From positions 434,001-498,000 of the forward strand of contig NEEC01000019.1 in the NCBI GenBank assembly GCA_002189035.1: a DNA stretch of 64,000 nt. Direction: 5' to 3'. Below, piece by piece: positions 40,078 to 52,241 of this stretch. Under the pieces are notes generated by a model that worked only from the letters and a program-made list of their open reading frames with translations, made no database searches and was not told the DNA's origin. The translations under genes were made by a program, and so were the position numbers. How positions within the stretch are numbered: position 1 is the first letter of the stretch; each line of letters starts with the position of its first letter. This DNA comes from Utricularia gibba. Lineage: Eukaryota; Plantae; Magnoliophyta.

Positions 40078-42327
40078 CTTCTTGTTTCAGTCCAAAGTTT
40101 CTTGATTTCTCAAATGAAGGATAATCTGGGATGTTCTTTATGGTGTCACTTAGACTTTAGTTGTTGTTCAATCTTGATTGTAACATGCAACATGTCTTCG
40201 ATCTCCACATAGTGGTGCAGCTCGACCACTTGAGAGATTTCCTTGTTTAAACCATTGAGAAATCTTGCCATTTAGCTTCCCTATCTTCTATTATATTGGA
40301 TCGAATCATCAATACCTCCATTTTTTGCCAATACTCTTCCACTGTTTTGTGCCCTTGTATGAGCTTATGCAAGTTTTGGTGTAAATCTCTTTGGTAGTGG
40401 CTGAGAATGAATCTCTTCCTCATGATTCTCTTTGTTTCAGCCCAAGTACGACTTGGTTCCTCATCATTTCGTCTTCTGTTGAGTACTATTTTTTCCCACC
40501 AAGTTATGCCATAATTTTTAAACTCAAGAACATCAAGCTTGATCTTCTTGGCTTCAGAATAGTTGTGGCAATCAAACACATGCTTCACACGAATCTCCCA
40601 CCTCAAGTAAACATTTGGATATTTTTTTCTTTTGGAAATGAGGGATTTTCATTTTGATGTTATCAAATTCCTTGTATTCACGTGTATGACCACCATTGCT
40701 CCTTCATCATATCTTACATAACGATTTGGTTTCTGATTTCTTTGATATCTTCGTTCCATATCATCAGCACTAGATGAATCATACTCATCATCATTGTTTT
40801 TGTCATTTCTCCTTCATGCACTTTGCCTAGCCTTTTCAGCATAAGATTGAGAATCTTCATCAAGTTCAGCATTCCTTCTGTCACTATGTGTTGGAACTCC
40901 ACTTCTATCATGGGAGCCATTGTCCTCTCCTTGCTTTTTGACATTCTTGAGAGATTCATCATGTTCCTCTAGTTTCATGTGGATTTGCTCCATGCATCTA
41001 TGCAATCTCTTGAACTCACTTTGCATTGCATTGAGTAAGAAATGAATATCCATAACAATTGATTCATCTCCAAGGTTGTTAGAGCTGGACATCCTACGAA
41101 TAGGAGAAAACTGTAGATGAAAAAAAAAGAAAAAGAAAGAGAACAAGGAAATAAAAGATAGAAAAAGAAAAGGATAGAATTTCCAAACCTCAAGTCCTCT
41201 TGAACTTTAAGAGTCGGTAAGCCTTTATTGATCAATCTAAGTGTGTTTAGAGAGATAAGTGTGGCTGGGGTAATGAGTCAGATAAAAGAAAAGAGCAATG
41301 ATGATTTCAATGATGATAATGAAATCAAGGTTAAGTTAGAGTATTAAGGGAAGATAGAATGAAACTTGTTATGATTAGCACAAAATTAGTAAGAGAGACA
41401 ATAGGAGTTATTGAAGATAAAGTTTACTTCTAACAATAGTAAATGATTTATAAGGCATCCAACAATAGGAGTATAAAAAAGGATTGCTTGTTGAAATGGG
41501 TAAGAGGATGGTCCTTCACATTAGACAAATAAATTGCTTCTGATATTGGAAAAGACCCATGCTTCTAACCTTCTTTCTCCCTTCAACATAGTATTTTTTT
41601 ATAGTAAAAGGAACAGCACAATGTAAGAAGTGAAAATAATGAACCCCCTTTGGTTTTGATTTCACCAACAACAAAGATAAGATCTTCAAACCAAAAGGAT
41701 TTCGATTTTTTTGGATAGAAGATAGAAGACTAATGGATAACAAATGAAGAAGAGAAAGATATGCTCTAATACTACATGATGCGACCCTCCAAACAACAAG
41801 TGTTTGGCAACCCAAATCTTGAGTGTCAAATGAAACAATACTTCAAGAAAAAGAAGTTGACCCTTAAGGAATGAAATTCTTTGCAACTCAAACTATAAAA
41901 ATGGTACCACACTTACACAAAAAAAGAAGTAAATGGGAGTGATAAACCACACTAGAAACCACAAGCAAAATTTGATAAGTCTAAATTTCTACAAGAACTC
42001 AAGGAAGGAGTAATGCTCTCAAAATATATGGTTGAAGAATGAGGTACTTCTTATATGGTTGAAGAATTGGATCTACTAAAAAGAAAAGTAGCAATAATAC
42101 ACTTGAGAGTGATGAGCCTCTTTTAATCAAGCTGGTTCACTTTGAGTAGGTTGAATTCTATGTCAAACACCTCATTACTATGTTCATTGGCCCATAATCC
42201 TTTAAGCACCTCTTGATTCCTTATTGCTCTTGATTTAGTGATTAGCCCAAGTGAAATCAGCAGAGGATTATTGACCTTCTTTACTTCATCTTCATTGAGA
42301 TCATCTTTAATATCCATGATCTCATCA
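40078..42327 (-). mobile_element. CRM retrotransposon 5' LTR and gag N-terminus
   Basis: LTR starts TGATGAGATC at 42327; its inner boundary and PBS could not be resolved. Gag reads HVFDCHNYSEAKKIKL...EFKNYGITWW...TWAETKRIMRKRF...TVEEYWQKMEVLMIR. Confidence 0.92.
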
Positions 42328-42597
42328 CATGTGCTGGCAAAGTGTTTTTTCAGATGCAGGTTTGTAGAATAAACGACACTCTTAATCCAAAGTCAAACTA
42401 ACAGTAGTACATGAATTTTGAATCTGATCAAATTCTGTATGTATCTGTGCGATTATATTACAGTCTTTCTGCAATACCCTCCATATTCAAGATTTTATGG
42501 TTAAGTGATCACTGCATGCGAGTTTGAAGAGGAGCAAGATAAAAAGCACCAACTCATATCTTATTGGTTCGATATAGACAATGTCTGTGACCATACT
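42328..42597 (+). mobile_element. Middle part of the outermost family-A LTR
   Basis: CAGTCTTTCTG...TTCAAG...TGGTTAAGTGATCACT...GAGGAGCAAGAT...AAGCACCAACT is collinear with 19945-20040. Confidence 0.75.
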
Positions 42598-42706
42598 AAG
42601 TTGAGAATTGAAGGTTGTGAATTTGTAAATGAACATAGAAGAGGACTTATCCGTTCGAAAAAAAAATCATGTTCTTACAGTCACACACGCATTTTATATT
42701 GATGCA

Positions 42707-44121
42707 TGATGGAAGGAAAATTCTAAAGGTTTCGCATGTCTAAAAGTCTTGTCCATCAAAAGATATTTATAAAACTAAACTAACATTCCACAACACATTC
42801 ACAAAGAAAGTAATGCATTAGTGACAAGTGTAAATCGATCCATAGGAAGCAAACGATTTTTAGTTGCAAGTCTCGTGTGCAAGTAGGATTAAACAGGGGG
42901 TTTCGGTTTGGAAGTGGGTTTCTACTCTAAACAAATCAGTAAAAATTCAGAAAATGGTTTCTACACTAAAGACAGACAACTTAATACATAAACCCATATT
43001 TTTTGAAGTTAAAACTAAACATTTCACTTAATATGAAAATTAATCATGCTTAAAAGAAACTTAAATACTTTCAGGTTACTGTTCCGATTTATGTATGAAA
43101 GCGATAAATAAAACAATAGGAAAGCACATTCATGCAAGTAAACAAGGTAATGTGGGTAATGTTCAGGCTAAATTTTGAAGCAAACTAGCAGGATGTGAAA
43201 ATACAAAAATAAAGCGTTGAAAATAAAAATAGTTTAAAAAAGTCTCCAAATCCATTCTTGCGCGCACGTCATGTTCTCCTTCTCGTCACGATGGTTTTGA
43301 AACTTTGTTAGAAGGATTCCAAGTGCTCTACTGCCGTTCTAGGTGATGGAGGTGGTTCCGGTGTCACTCTAGAACTGCTCCTATCATTGTCTTCATGAAG
43401 ACGGATCTATGTCCTTCAGGGTTCCTAACATTGGAGTTGAGTTCCACTGTCACATTAGAATTGTTCCTCCTTCATCTTCTACCCTGAGAATGGTTCAAAC
43501 TCACTGGAAAATCACTCCCATCTTTTGAAAAATTCCTTGTCTCTCTCTTTCTCTACTCAATCACCTACCCCTCTTGCGTGCCTTGGGGAGGCTAGCTTCC
43601 CTCAGCCTTCATCATCTCTCTAGAGCTTCCCTCCATAATCGCTCCCTTTCTTTGTTGATTTTTTTCTATTTTATACTTGCAATCAGATCATGTTAGTCTG
43701 CCCCTTATCCTAACAGTTAGAGTTGCCAGTATCCTGTTTTTTGAATATGGAAAACATCTAATTCTACATTTCAGGCTGCAACAGATCTCTTTTTCATCTT
43801 CTCTAATGCTTAGAAAATATCCTTCCTCATTAATTCAGCTCCCCGCGTAGACCTAAAATTTCATATTTGCTCCTGGACTAAGCCTGTATAAATACTGCAC
43901 AGAGTGGTCAGAAGATGTAGTCCAACTCAAATGGGCTAAGCCTGTATGAATAGTAAGTTCACCCCAACAAGTAGATTGACGCAAAATAGGCTCAAAACAT
44001 GTTTTTACACACACTAACTTTACTAACACTAATTTTGACGCTTTTAACTATTTTATCTCGCCTAATTCTTCATCCTGACACTTAAATCATTGCAAATATA
44101 ATTAGTTTTGATATAATATCA
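42707..44121 (-). mobile_element. Solo LTR family E (Athila-type), TSD ATGCA/GTGCA
   Basis: TG...CA termini, 1415 bp. It interrupts the Copia LTR, which is contiguous in the 5' copy. The TSD has one mismatch. Confidence 0.85.
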
Positions 44122-44130
44122 GTGCATTAA

Positions 44131-45520
44131 TGATAGCACACAAATTTTCATGTTTTAGGATATGAAAAATCATATATTTTTAATTATGTTTAAGTGTTTA
44201 TTTTATATTTTTAAGTGTTTTTATGTAATTTAGGAAAATGTAATTTTTGGTGTGATTAGTGGGTTAAATCCTTTGATTTAGCCCACCCCATGTCGAACAC
44301 AATTTTGGAGTCGAGTAGCAACCCAAAAGTCAAGAAAAAATTTGGATTTCATGCAAGTCACCAGACTACAGGAGGGGCAATGAGTACATTGTCATGGTAG
44401 CAATCTGCAAGATTTGTCAGAGAATGTACTTGCCTTGGGCAGTGGGAGGTGAGAGAAAGATGAGAGGAGAGAGAGTCGCAAGCGGGGGCTCGAGCAGAAT
44501 TTTCAAAACACACACGAGGGGGTTTCTCCCCCAACTCGAGCACGAAGAATATTGAAAGAGAAGGAGAAAGGAAGGTGATTTTTTTTTGGAGAAGAACCTC
44601 TAGCATGAAGGAAGAAGATCAAGACCTAGTTTAGCGCTAATGTTCTAGCCCAAGAACAGTAGCAGACGGAAACCAGAACTTTTATTGTTTTCTTTCAGTT
44701 TGTTGATGTCTTTAGTTTCTGCACCCAACTTTTGCATGATGTTCTGAACATTTTCGTTGTTTTATGTTAATGCCATTACATTTTGCCTTCAAAGCATGAG
44801 TAGCTAAACCCTAGTGGTATCTTAAGGTGAAGCATGGTGGTGTGGGTCTAGGAGTCTTAATAAAATTCACCATTGTTTCTTAGCTCTTGTTTCTATCAAG
44901 TCATGGGTAGATCTAAGTAGGGGAATAAGTAGCTTCACAACTTAGATGCTTGATTTAGAGGTAAACCAACAAATCAAGATGAGAGCAGTAGGCGTTAATC
45001 CGAGGTAGAACCAATAGAACTGGGTAGACCTAGTTCTATATGCTTTGCATGCGGGTAGATCTAATTGTAAGGTTGGTGATGACATTGGGGACTAGCTTAG
45101 TCGAAAATGTGATGAATGAACTAGATAGACTTGGGTTATTTGAAGTTGTGAGTATAGGGACATGGTAGATTAAGTTAGGTATTTTAGCACTACACCACCT
45201 ACAGATCTTTAAGGCACCTTAGTATTATTCTTAGTTAGAACCAGTACCTACTACCTTAGCGTTAAGATCTGATATTGTTTACTAATCTTGTTTATCAAAC
45301 TTGTTTAGCACTGTTGGTCTGAGCTTAAACTAAGACTACCATTACTTTGAATTCTGCATCTGCTAAAATACATGACAAGCACAAGCTCCTTGTGATCGAC
45401 CCCGAATTCCACTGTACACTTTGTGTTTAATTTATATTTTGTGAGGATTAGGGATTATAAATTTATTTGATATGGAAATTTGGTTTTATTGCAACGACAT
45501 GCTAAAATTTCCATTTATCA
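44131..45520 (+). mobile_element. Solo LTR, Athila family B, TSD ATTAA
   Basis: TGATAGCACAC...CATTTATCA. ATTAA at 44126-44130 and 45521-45525. Confidence 0.95.
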
Positions 45521-48500
45521 ATTAAATGCACTCACCACCTAATTAATAGATAAAAAAAATACATAATATATATCTTCCAAGACTCCTCCTCAAGATGAAC
45601 TTTGTAAGTTTATCGTGTCACAAAGTACTTCGTGTTCTACAATACTACTCCTTTAGTCAATGTGCTCGCCAGTTGTTCTTTGGAGTTCACATGCTTCAAC
45701 TTCAGTTTATTGTTATGCAAATAATCTTTAATAAAGAAACGATCAATCTCCACATGCTTGGTATGATCATGTTGCACTGGATTGGTAGCAATACTGATAG
45801 ATGCTTTATTATCACATTTGAGAGTCATCAGACCCTCCCTAGATAAAGTATGTTCATCAAGCAGTTGCTTGACCCACACCATTTCATACATGATTAAGGC
45901 CAGTGCGTGATATTTTAATTATGTTGTTGAACAAGGTACAACACTTTGTTTCTTACTTCTCCATACCACCAAATTTCCTCCAACAAACACACAATATCCA
46001 AAGGTAGAGCATCGATCATCAAGGCTACTTGCTCAATCTACATCATAGTGACCATCAACATCAAAGTGACCATTTGGCTTAAACCATATACTTTTCTATA
46101 GGTATCCTCTAAGATATTGAAGAATTCTCTGTATAGTTATCAAGTGAGTTATATGTGGATCATGCATCTATGTACTAATATTCTTTGTACATATATGGAT
46201 CACTGCATAGATATCAAGTCTTGTATGACATATGGTATATTCTCTGCAAATAATAGATAACTATCAAAGTCTTGATTCAAGTATTCAATGCCATTATCAC
46301 TTCGTAGGATTTTTATGTCGATCCCAAATTGTGTCTTAACAAATGCTTTAAATCCCTGATAACTTCTCAACCCTCATCCTTTTGTATCAACATATAAACC
46401 CAAGTCATTTGAGAGTGATAATCAATAAAAGTAACAAACCACTTGAATCCATTAACTCACATAATAGGACATGGCCTCCAAACATCATAATATACAAGAT
46501 GAAATGATTTTGAACTCACATGTCCTACATACAGATACTCTGTTCTGGTACATTTACTCAGTTTACATTTCTCATAAAAGAGTTTACTTTTATTCACCCT
46601 CCTCATCAAATCTAGATATAAATGAGACATACTAGCAAAAGAGGGGTGCCACATTCTTCAATGTTGTAACATGATCTTGCTTTTAGTCACCAAAGTAGCT
46701 GCTGAAGAAGAAGGTTCTTTGTCCAAAAACCATAATTCGCACACCTTATCCTATCCCAAGTCTGTTTCCAATCATTTTCTCCGAAAAATAACACTTATCT
46801 CGATCAAATATAACAATACAATTCAATTCATCTACAAGTCCACAAACATATAGAAAATTAACATGGAATCAAGGCACATGTAAGACTTTAGATAGGGTAA
46901 TGGAAGGTGTGCCATGCACTACACCACTTTCACTAATCGATTGTGAAGTCCCATCAGTAGTTTGCTCTGAGGTTTGATGTTTACTGATTTTAGTAGTATA
47001 TAATCCAAACACATATTGATCACTAGTCACATGCCATGAGGCACAAGAATCTACAATCAAATCTCTAATAGATGTATTTAAAATAAGAGATTGTTCTTTT
47101 GAATTCGAATATCCAACAAAACTTCCATAAACCTCCTGAGTTTTAGATGTGTGGCTATTACTCTATGCTTGTGCATTCTGTTTTTTTGAATTGTCTTAAC
47201 TCCTCCAGTTCAGTTAGCATTTGAGCATGTGAATGTCCCATAATAGTGTCTTCAGTAATTAAGTGAGCTCAACCCCATATGAGCCTCTTCCACTTCGACC
47301 TCTCCTACCTTCTTGGCCTCTACATCCTCTAAATGTAGAAGTATCCTTAGGAAATGGACAATTATAACTTAAATGACCTTTCTTTCTGCAATCATAGTAA
47401 TCCCTTTCCGCTATGTTGTGGCTTCCTGGAATAACTAGAGATGATCTCATTGAGCGTAACTACCCACTCGTCATAACCTTCTGTCGAATTTCTCATTGCT
47501 TCATTGTTGCTATGACTTCTTCAAATGAAGGTAACATTTTTAGATGGCATATTAGTGTGCATCGACTCTCAAACTATGAATACAAGTCCTTAAGGAATTT
47601 AATCATCCTTCTTCGCTCAACATATTGCTTTTCTAAAACTATATCATTGGAGCAAGTCAATTTAAGTGGATCATAGTGGCTAAGATCTGACCACATAATC
47701 TTCAATTCAGTGGCATACCCCATCACTGAACGATCCCCTTGTATGCAGCTATCAATCTTGTCTTCAACTTCAGCCATCATCATGATGTTGCCTGCTCTAG
47801 AATACATCTTTTCTAGCATTTTCCACACATCGATTGCCTAAGGGATGGTTTCTATCATAGTAGCAATTGATAGTGATACCGATGTCAATAACCAAGACAC
47901 AATCAATGAATTAGTTGCATTCCAAGCTATTTTTCCTTTTTCATCAAGTAGTTCCTCTCCATTCTCTTCCTCAATGAAATTTTCCAAATTCTTCATTTGA
48001 AGTCCAAGTATAACTCATTGAGACCAACTTAAGTAATTGCACGTACCTTCCAACTTAATTTCCAAGGGTGATAGCTTGATTATTGCCAGTGTCACATCTT
48101 GATGTGTAGCAATGGTGTGATTTGTTGATACGTTTTCCATCTCCTCTATCCGCCTCTGAAACATATTTTCCATACCCTCCGTGATCTCCTTCAGTTGATT
48201 AGTGATTACCGCTATACTCATTTGTTCTAGCACTTAGCTAGTCCATCCACTATCTCTATTAATTAATTGTCAATTTTTGAGTGTACAACTCCAGGGTTCC
48301 ACATAGTGGAAGTGATAAAAACACCCCACATAAAGTTATTGAGAAGAGAAGCAAAAGAAGAACACAAGATGGCTCTGATACCAAGTTGAAAATTGAAGGT
48401 TGCGAATTTATGGATGAACACAAAAGATGACTTATTTGTTCAAAAAGAAAACTCAATCATGTTCTTACAATCACACATGCATTTATATTGATGCATTAAA

Positions 48501-48554
48501 TGCACCACCAACTAATTAATAGATAAACAAATACATAATATATATCTTCCAACA

Positions 48555-48886
48555 ATTATTTACTGTTATCTAGCTATATGTGACGAATATAGCTAGATAA
48601 GATTACAATCCCAGAAACATTCTCTTTATTTAAGATTCATCGCTTAAGTTTCTTTACGGTGTTTGTTAACAACCATCTTACTCTCATCATTTACGTTTCT
48701 ATCACATTTTATTTTACAAACCCGTTTACGAATCATTACAATTGTATTCGGTGTAACTTTACATTTCACTTGAAAAGTAATTCCATGTGTTCGATACATG
48801 TATTACAGAGCATGAGTGCAAGGAAAATCTTGTGTTTTACAAGCTTTAATATCTTTTAAAATTTGTTATGGAAACGACAAACATCA
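48555..48886 (+). mobile_element. 3' part of the outermost family-A LTR
   Basis: TTTATTTAAGATTCATCGCTTA...GTTCGA...GGAAACGACAAACATCA is collinear with 20338-20590. Followed by GCATT. Confidence 0.8.
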
Positions 48887-50153
48887 GCATTCAAGATATT
48901 TTTCCACATTTCAGAGCATGAGTGCAAGGAAAACAATAAATCAACCACTTCCCACATGCACATGTTTGGGCTTATAAGTCAATAGTTTATTAGTTTTGTT
49001 TAGCACATTTTTTACTTACATAATGTACAAGTTGATCACGATTCAATTATACAATTGATAATGACATGCCTTTTGTTGTTGGCTCTTAAAACATGAATTC
49101 GTCTTATTTGTGGACATATATAAAAAAATATTTAAATTAGTAAAAATAGCATAATTTATCTTTCTATCATTGAAATGAGAGAGCTCTTGCTATCTTTTAA
49201 CGAACATTGTTTGAGTTTGATAGAAAATAGAATCTACAACACTGCATATGAAATATCTTCATATTTGTTTAAATATGTCATTCATGTATTCCACTTTATT
49301 CCATGATGTTTACCATTATCATATGCATTTGCCTATTTAGCCATGTTATTCAAAATCTCCAAATGATTTAACTATTTTGCTGCTAGGTGATAAGTCATTA
49401 TTTTCTTCATATAATCTTGAAATTTTACCAAATTTGGAGTAGTACTAGCTGCATATAAATAATTTTTCAATTTCTTATTTTTTTATTGACTTATTAAAAT
49501 TAAATAAAAATGTCGAAGGCACCATCTATGATGAAGTCTACTAGTATTGAATACCAATTTAGAACTCACATCGCTCAATATACCTCATGTTTATTAAAGA
49601 TAATTGTATCAACTTGTCGTTGGATAAGGAAAGAATCCAATTGCTCAATAAACTAGAAATAAGATTCAAAAAATTTCATTATCTACAAGAGCATATGCAA
49701 CTTGTATAATATGTCCACTACCATTGCGACAAACAAAAATTAATAATTTATGATTGTACATGCATATGAAAATTAAAATTAAACAACAAAAAATAACTCT
49801 ATATTATTTTAGAATAGAAATATTAATGTACATAAAGATGTATTGCATCAATTGAAAGGATGGAAGCATACAATTGATATGCCTCTACACAAGGTTTAAA
49901 AAGCTCAAAAACTATATCAAAATATTTTATGATTCAAACCCAATTGTATATCATAAACTGATCATTTTATAATTGTCTTTGGATTTGTCACTTTGAATAC
50001 AAACATATGGTGAGACAATTTATTCATTAATGATTTCCAAGATCCATGAACAAGTTTAATTGCATGTTGAACATCGAACCAAGCTTTTTCATAACCAATG
50101 ATATAATTATACCTGATTTGTATCTTAAAAATTGCCTTACGAACCATCAAATG
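48887..50153 (-). mobile_element. MULE transposase, central part (DDE core to SWIM), decayed
   Basis: IQIRYNYIIGYEKAW...VHGSW...TNPKTII, NGSGHIIQVAYALVD (~49700) and TCACGKWLIYCFPCTHA (SWIM, ~48960-48910). Confidence 0.85.
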
Positions 50154-51503
50154 TGATGCGTGTCGTTTCCACAAAAAATTTTAATATTTTTAAAACTCGT
50201 AAAATACAAAAGCGTAGTACGGGTGTCAAATACAGAGAGTTGCTTTTCAGTGAAAGGTGAGGTACACTGAATACAACTGTCACAATTTGTAAACAGTTTT
50301 GGAAGTAAAAGGCGCGAGAAACGTAGATGATGAAGCTTGAGTAAGGGGATAAGAGGATTTTCAACAAACAACATAAATAAACGTAAGCAATGAACCTTAA
50401 ATAAAGTGGATGTTCCTGGGTTTGGAATCCTGCCCAACTATATTCGTTAGTCTTCACTCTTCTTTGGTCTTCTCGAGTACTCGGTTATAAGAGTAAGGAA
50501 TTTCCTACCCTCCCTTACACTCTCATGTGAGAAGGCACACGAATAGCTCGATGTTGCTCCTCCTTGGATGAACATGAGAATAAGAGGTCCTGCCAACGTA
50601 CCCTCATGGCCGAATTGTGCGCATGTGCTCGAGTGTTGCCAATGACCCAATGAGTCTAGATATGAGATCACTATCTGTCCATTGATTTTGAGGTACGGCC
50701 ATAGACAAAGCGTTGTCTTCCTCCTGCCAAAAGGGCACGAGTTGGTGCTCTCCATCTTTCTCCTCTCCAAAACTCACGGTTAGTGATCAGTTAACCATGA
50801 ATCTTGAATAAGGAGACTGTTAAGAAAGACTGCAATATAGTCGCATGAAGATGGAACCCGTTCGGATTCAAATGAGCGATGAAGATAAACTAAGGAAACA
50901 TAGATTTGGGAGTATTCCAACCCAGAAACGGAGGTTTCTAGCTGCAAACGGCCATACAAACTAAAGAAAATGGAAACAAAGTTCTAGAGACAAGTTAGAG
51001 GAAAATCCTCTAGAGAGAGAAACAAAAGGTAAAACTAAACTAACTACCGCCTTTTTTTTCCAACGTCTGAGCAGAACTGAACTTCAATGAGAGTGAGCTT
51101 TCGTGTTACCTTGGTTCTGCTGTGAATTGAGGTGACTTGCATGCAAATGTCTGCTCTGACACTGGTACGCTAATGATGTCGCCTGTTAGAGACTCCCGTG
51201 TTACGCACGTCAAGACTCATGATTAGGTGTCTGCAGTCTTTCGGAAATCAAGGGAATGTCAGTTCGGGAAGATCCAATTTGTCGCCATCTGCTGCCCTCT
51301 TTTTCTCACTTCCTGCCACGTGTGTACCTCTAGAAAAACTCAATTAAAACTAACAAAATTATTAGATAAAATATAAGATTTAGGATAATTACTTTAAACT
51401 AGATAAAAACCTAAATCTCATATTATAAATTCCTAATTAGATACTTCTAATTACATTTAGATATAAAACAACCTAAGAAATAGTAAGAAAATGACACTTA
51501 ACA
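50154..51503 (-). mobile_element. Solo LTR family A without TSD
   Basis: Full-length reverse-complement homolog of 19263-20590 with intact termini. The flanks AAATG and AACTC do not match. Confidence 0.92.
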
Positions 51504-52112
51504 AACTCTAAAATAAATAAAAAAATTTAAAAAATAATGTTAATTGAAAAAAAAATAAACAATAAAAATTATATTATCTAGCATATTCCAAACGTAATCT
51601 ATTAAATCTCATCCAATAAAATTTCACAAAGAGGTTTCTATATTCGTTTACCTCAATTCCATTTCCAAATCGTGTCTCTCATCAATTTATAGAGATGGAT
51701 ATGAAATTCATATTGAGTTGTTGAAGTAGAGCAATATTTTATCATCATCTGCTTTTATTTACTTTCATCAATATAAAATTGAAAATACTTCTTTATGTAC
51801 CAATAATGAATACAAAAATAACCTTTCTCTTTGGATTTAAATCCCAATACCACTTCCAAAATATGATTATCAAGATCATAGCTTATATATATTCGTACGT
51901 AATCGATTTCACCAATATTTTTAGAATTGGTAATAAGAATGGTTATGCTGAATTGATTTTTCCAATTATATTGAGGAAACTAAAATCCTTAAAAATAATG
52001 AAAAATAAATATTAACATATTATTATATTGGTTATAATTATACAAAATATATATATATATATATATAGAAAAAGAAAATCTCTATTCCCAAGTTGTATGG
52101 GTCGGAACAACC

Positions 52113-52136
52113 GGCCCAGTATTGAACGGTTGGGCC
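52113..52136. promoter_or_regulatory. Pair of site II-like (TGGGCY) motifs in the FLU proximal promoter
   Basis: GGCCCA at 52113-52118 and TGGGCC at 52131-52136, about 110-130 bp upstream of the ATG. Confidence 0.45.
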
Positions 52137-52241
52137 AAATGGGCAATTTAGAATATCGAATGGATAAAATACGAAACCGAAATCCTTAGCTGAAGCTGGA
52201 AGAGTGAAGATTGCAAGATCAGAGACTCGGGGGGAACGAAG

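Larger units (their letters stand above)
42599..48554 (-). mobile_element. Ty1/copia element with internal deletion; ~170-bp LTRs; 3' LTR split by two solo LTRs
   Basis: 5' LTR ~48385-48554, PBS TGGTATCAGAGC (48383-48372), gag KLEGTCNYLSW, knuckle YDCRKKGHLSYNCP, protease IVDSCASWHVT, integrase ILRSDNGIEY joined almost directly to the RT end, RNase H CDNKASISIATNPVQHDHTKHVEID, PPT at 45583-45594. No TSD found. Confidence 0.92.

Noticed and set aside
42590-42604. TSD for the Copia element, or a second PBS after its 3' LTR
   Set aside because: No 5-mer matches the other flank (ATTAT). The similarity to the PBS is limited to AACTT.GTAT, and the DNA beyond is family-A LTR.
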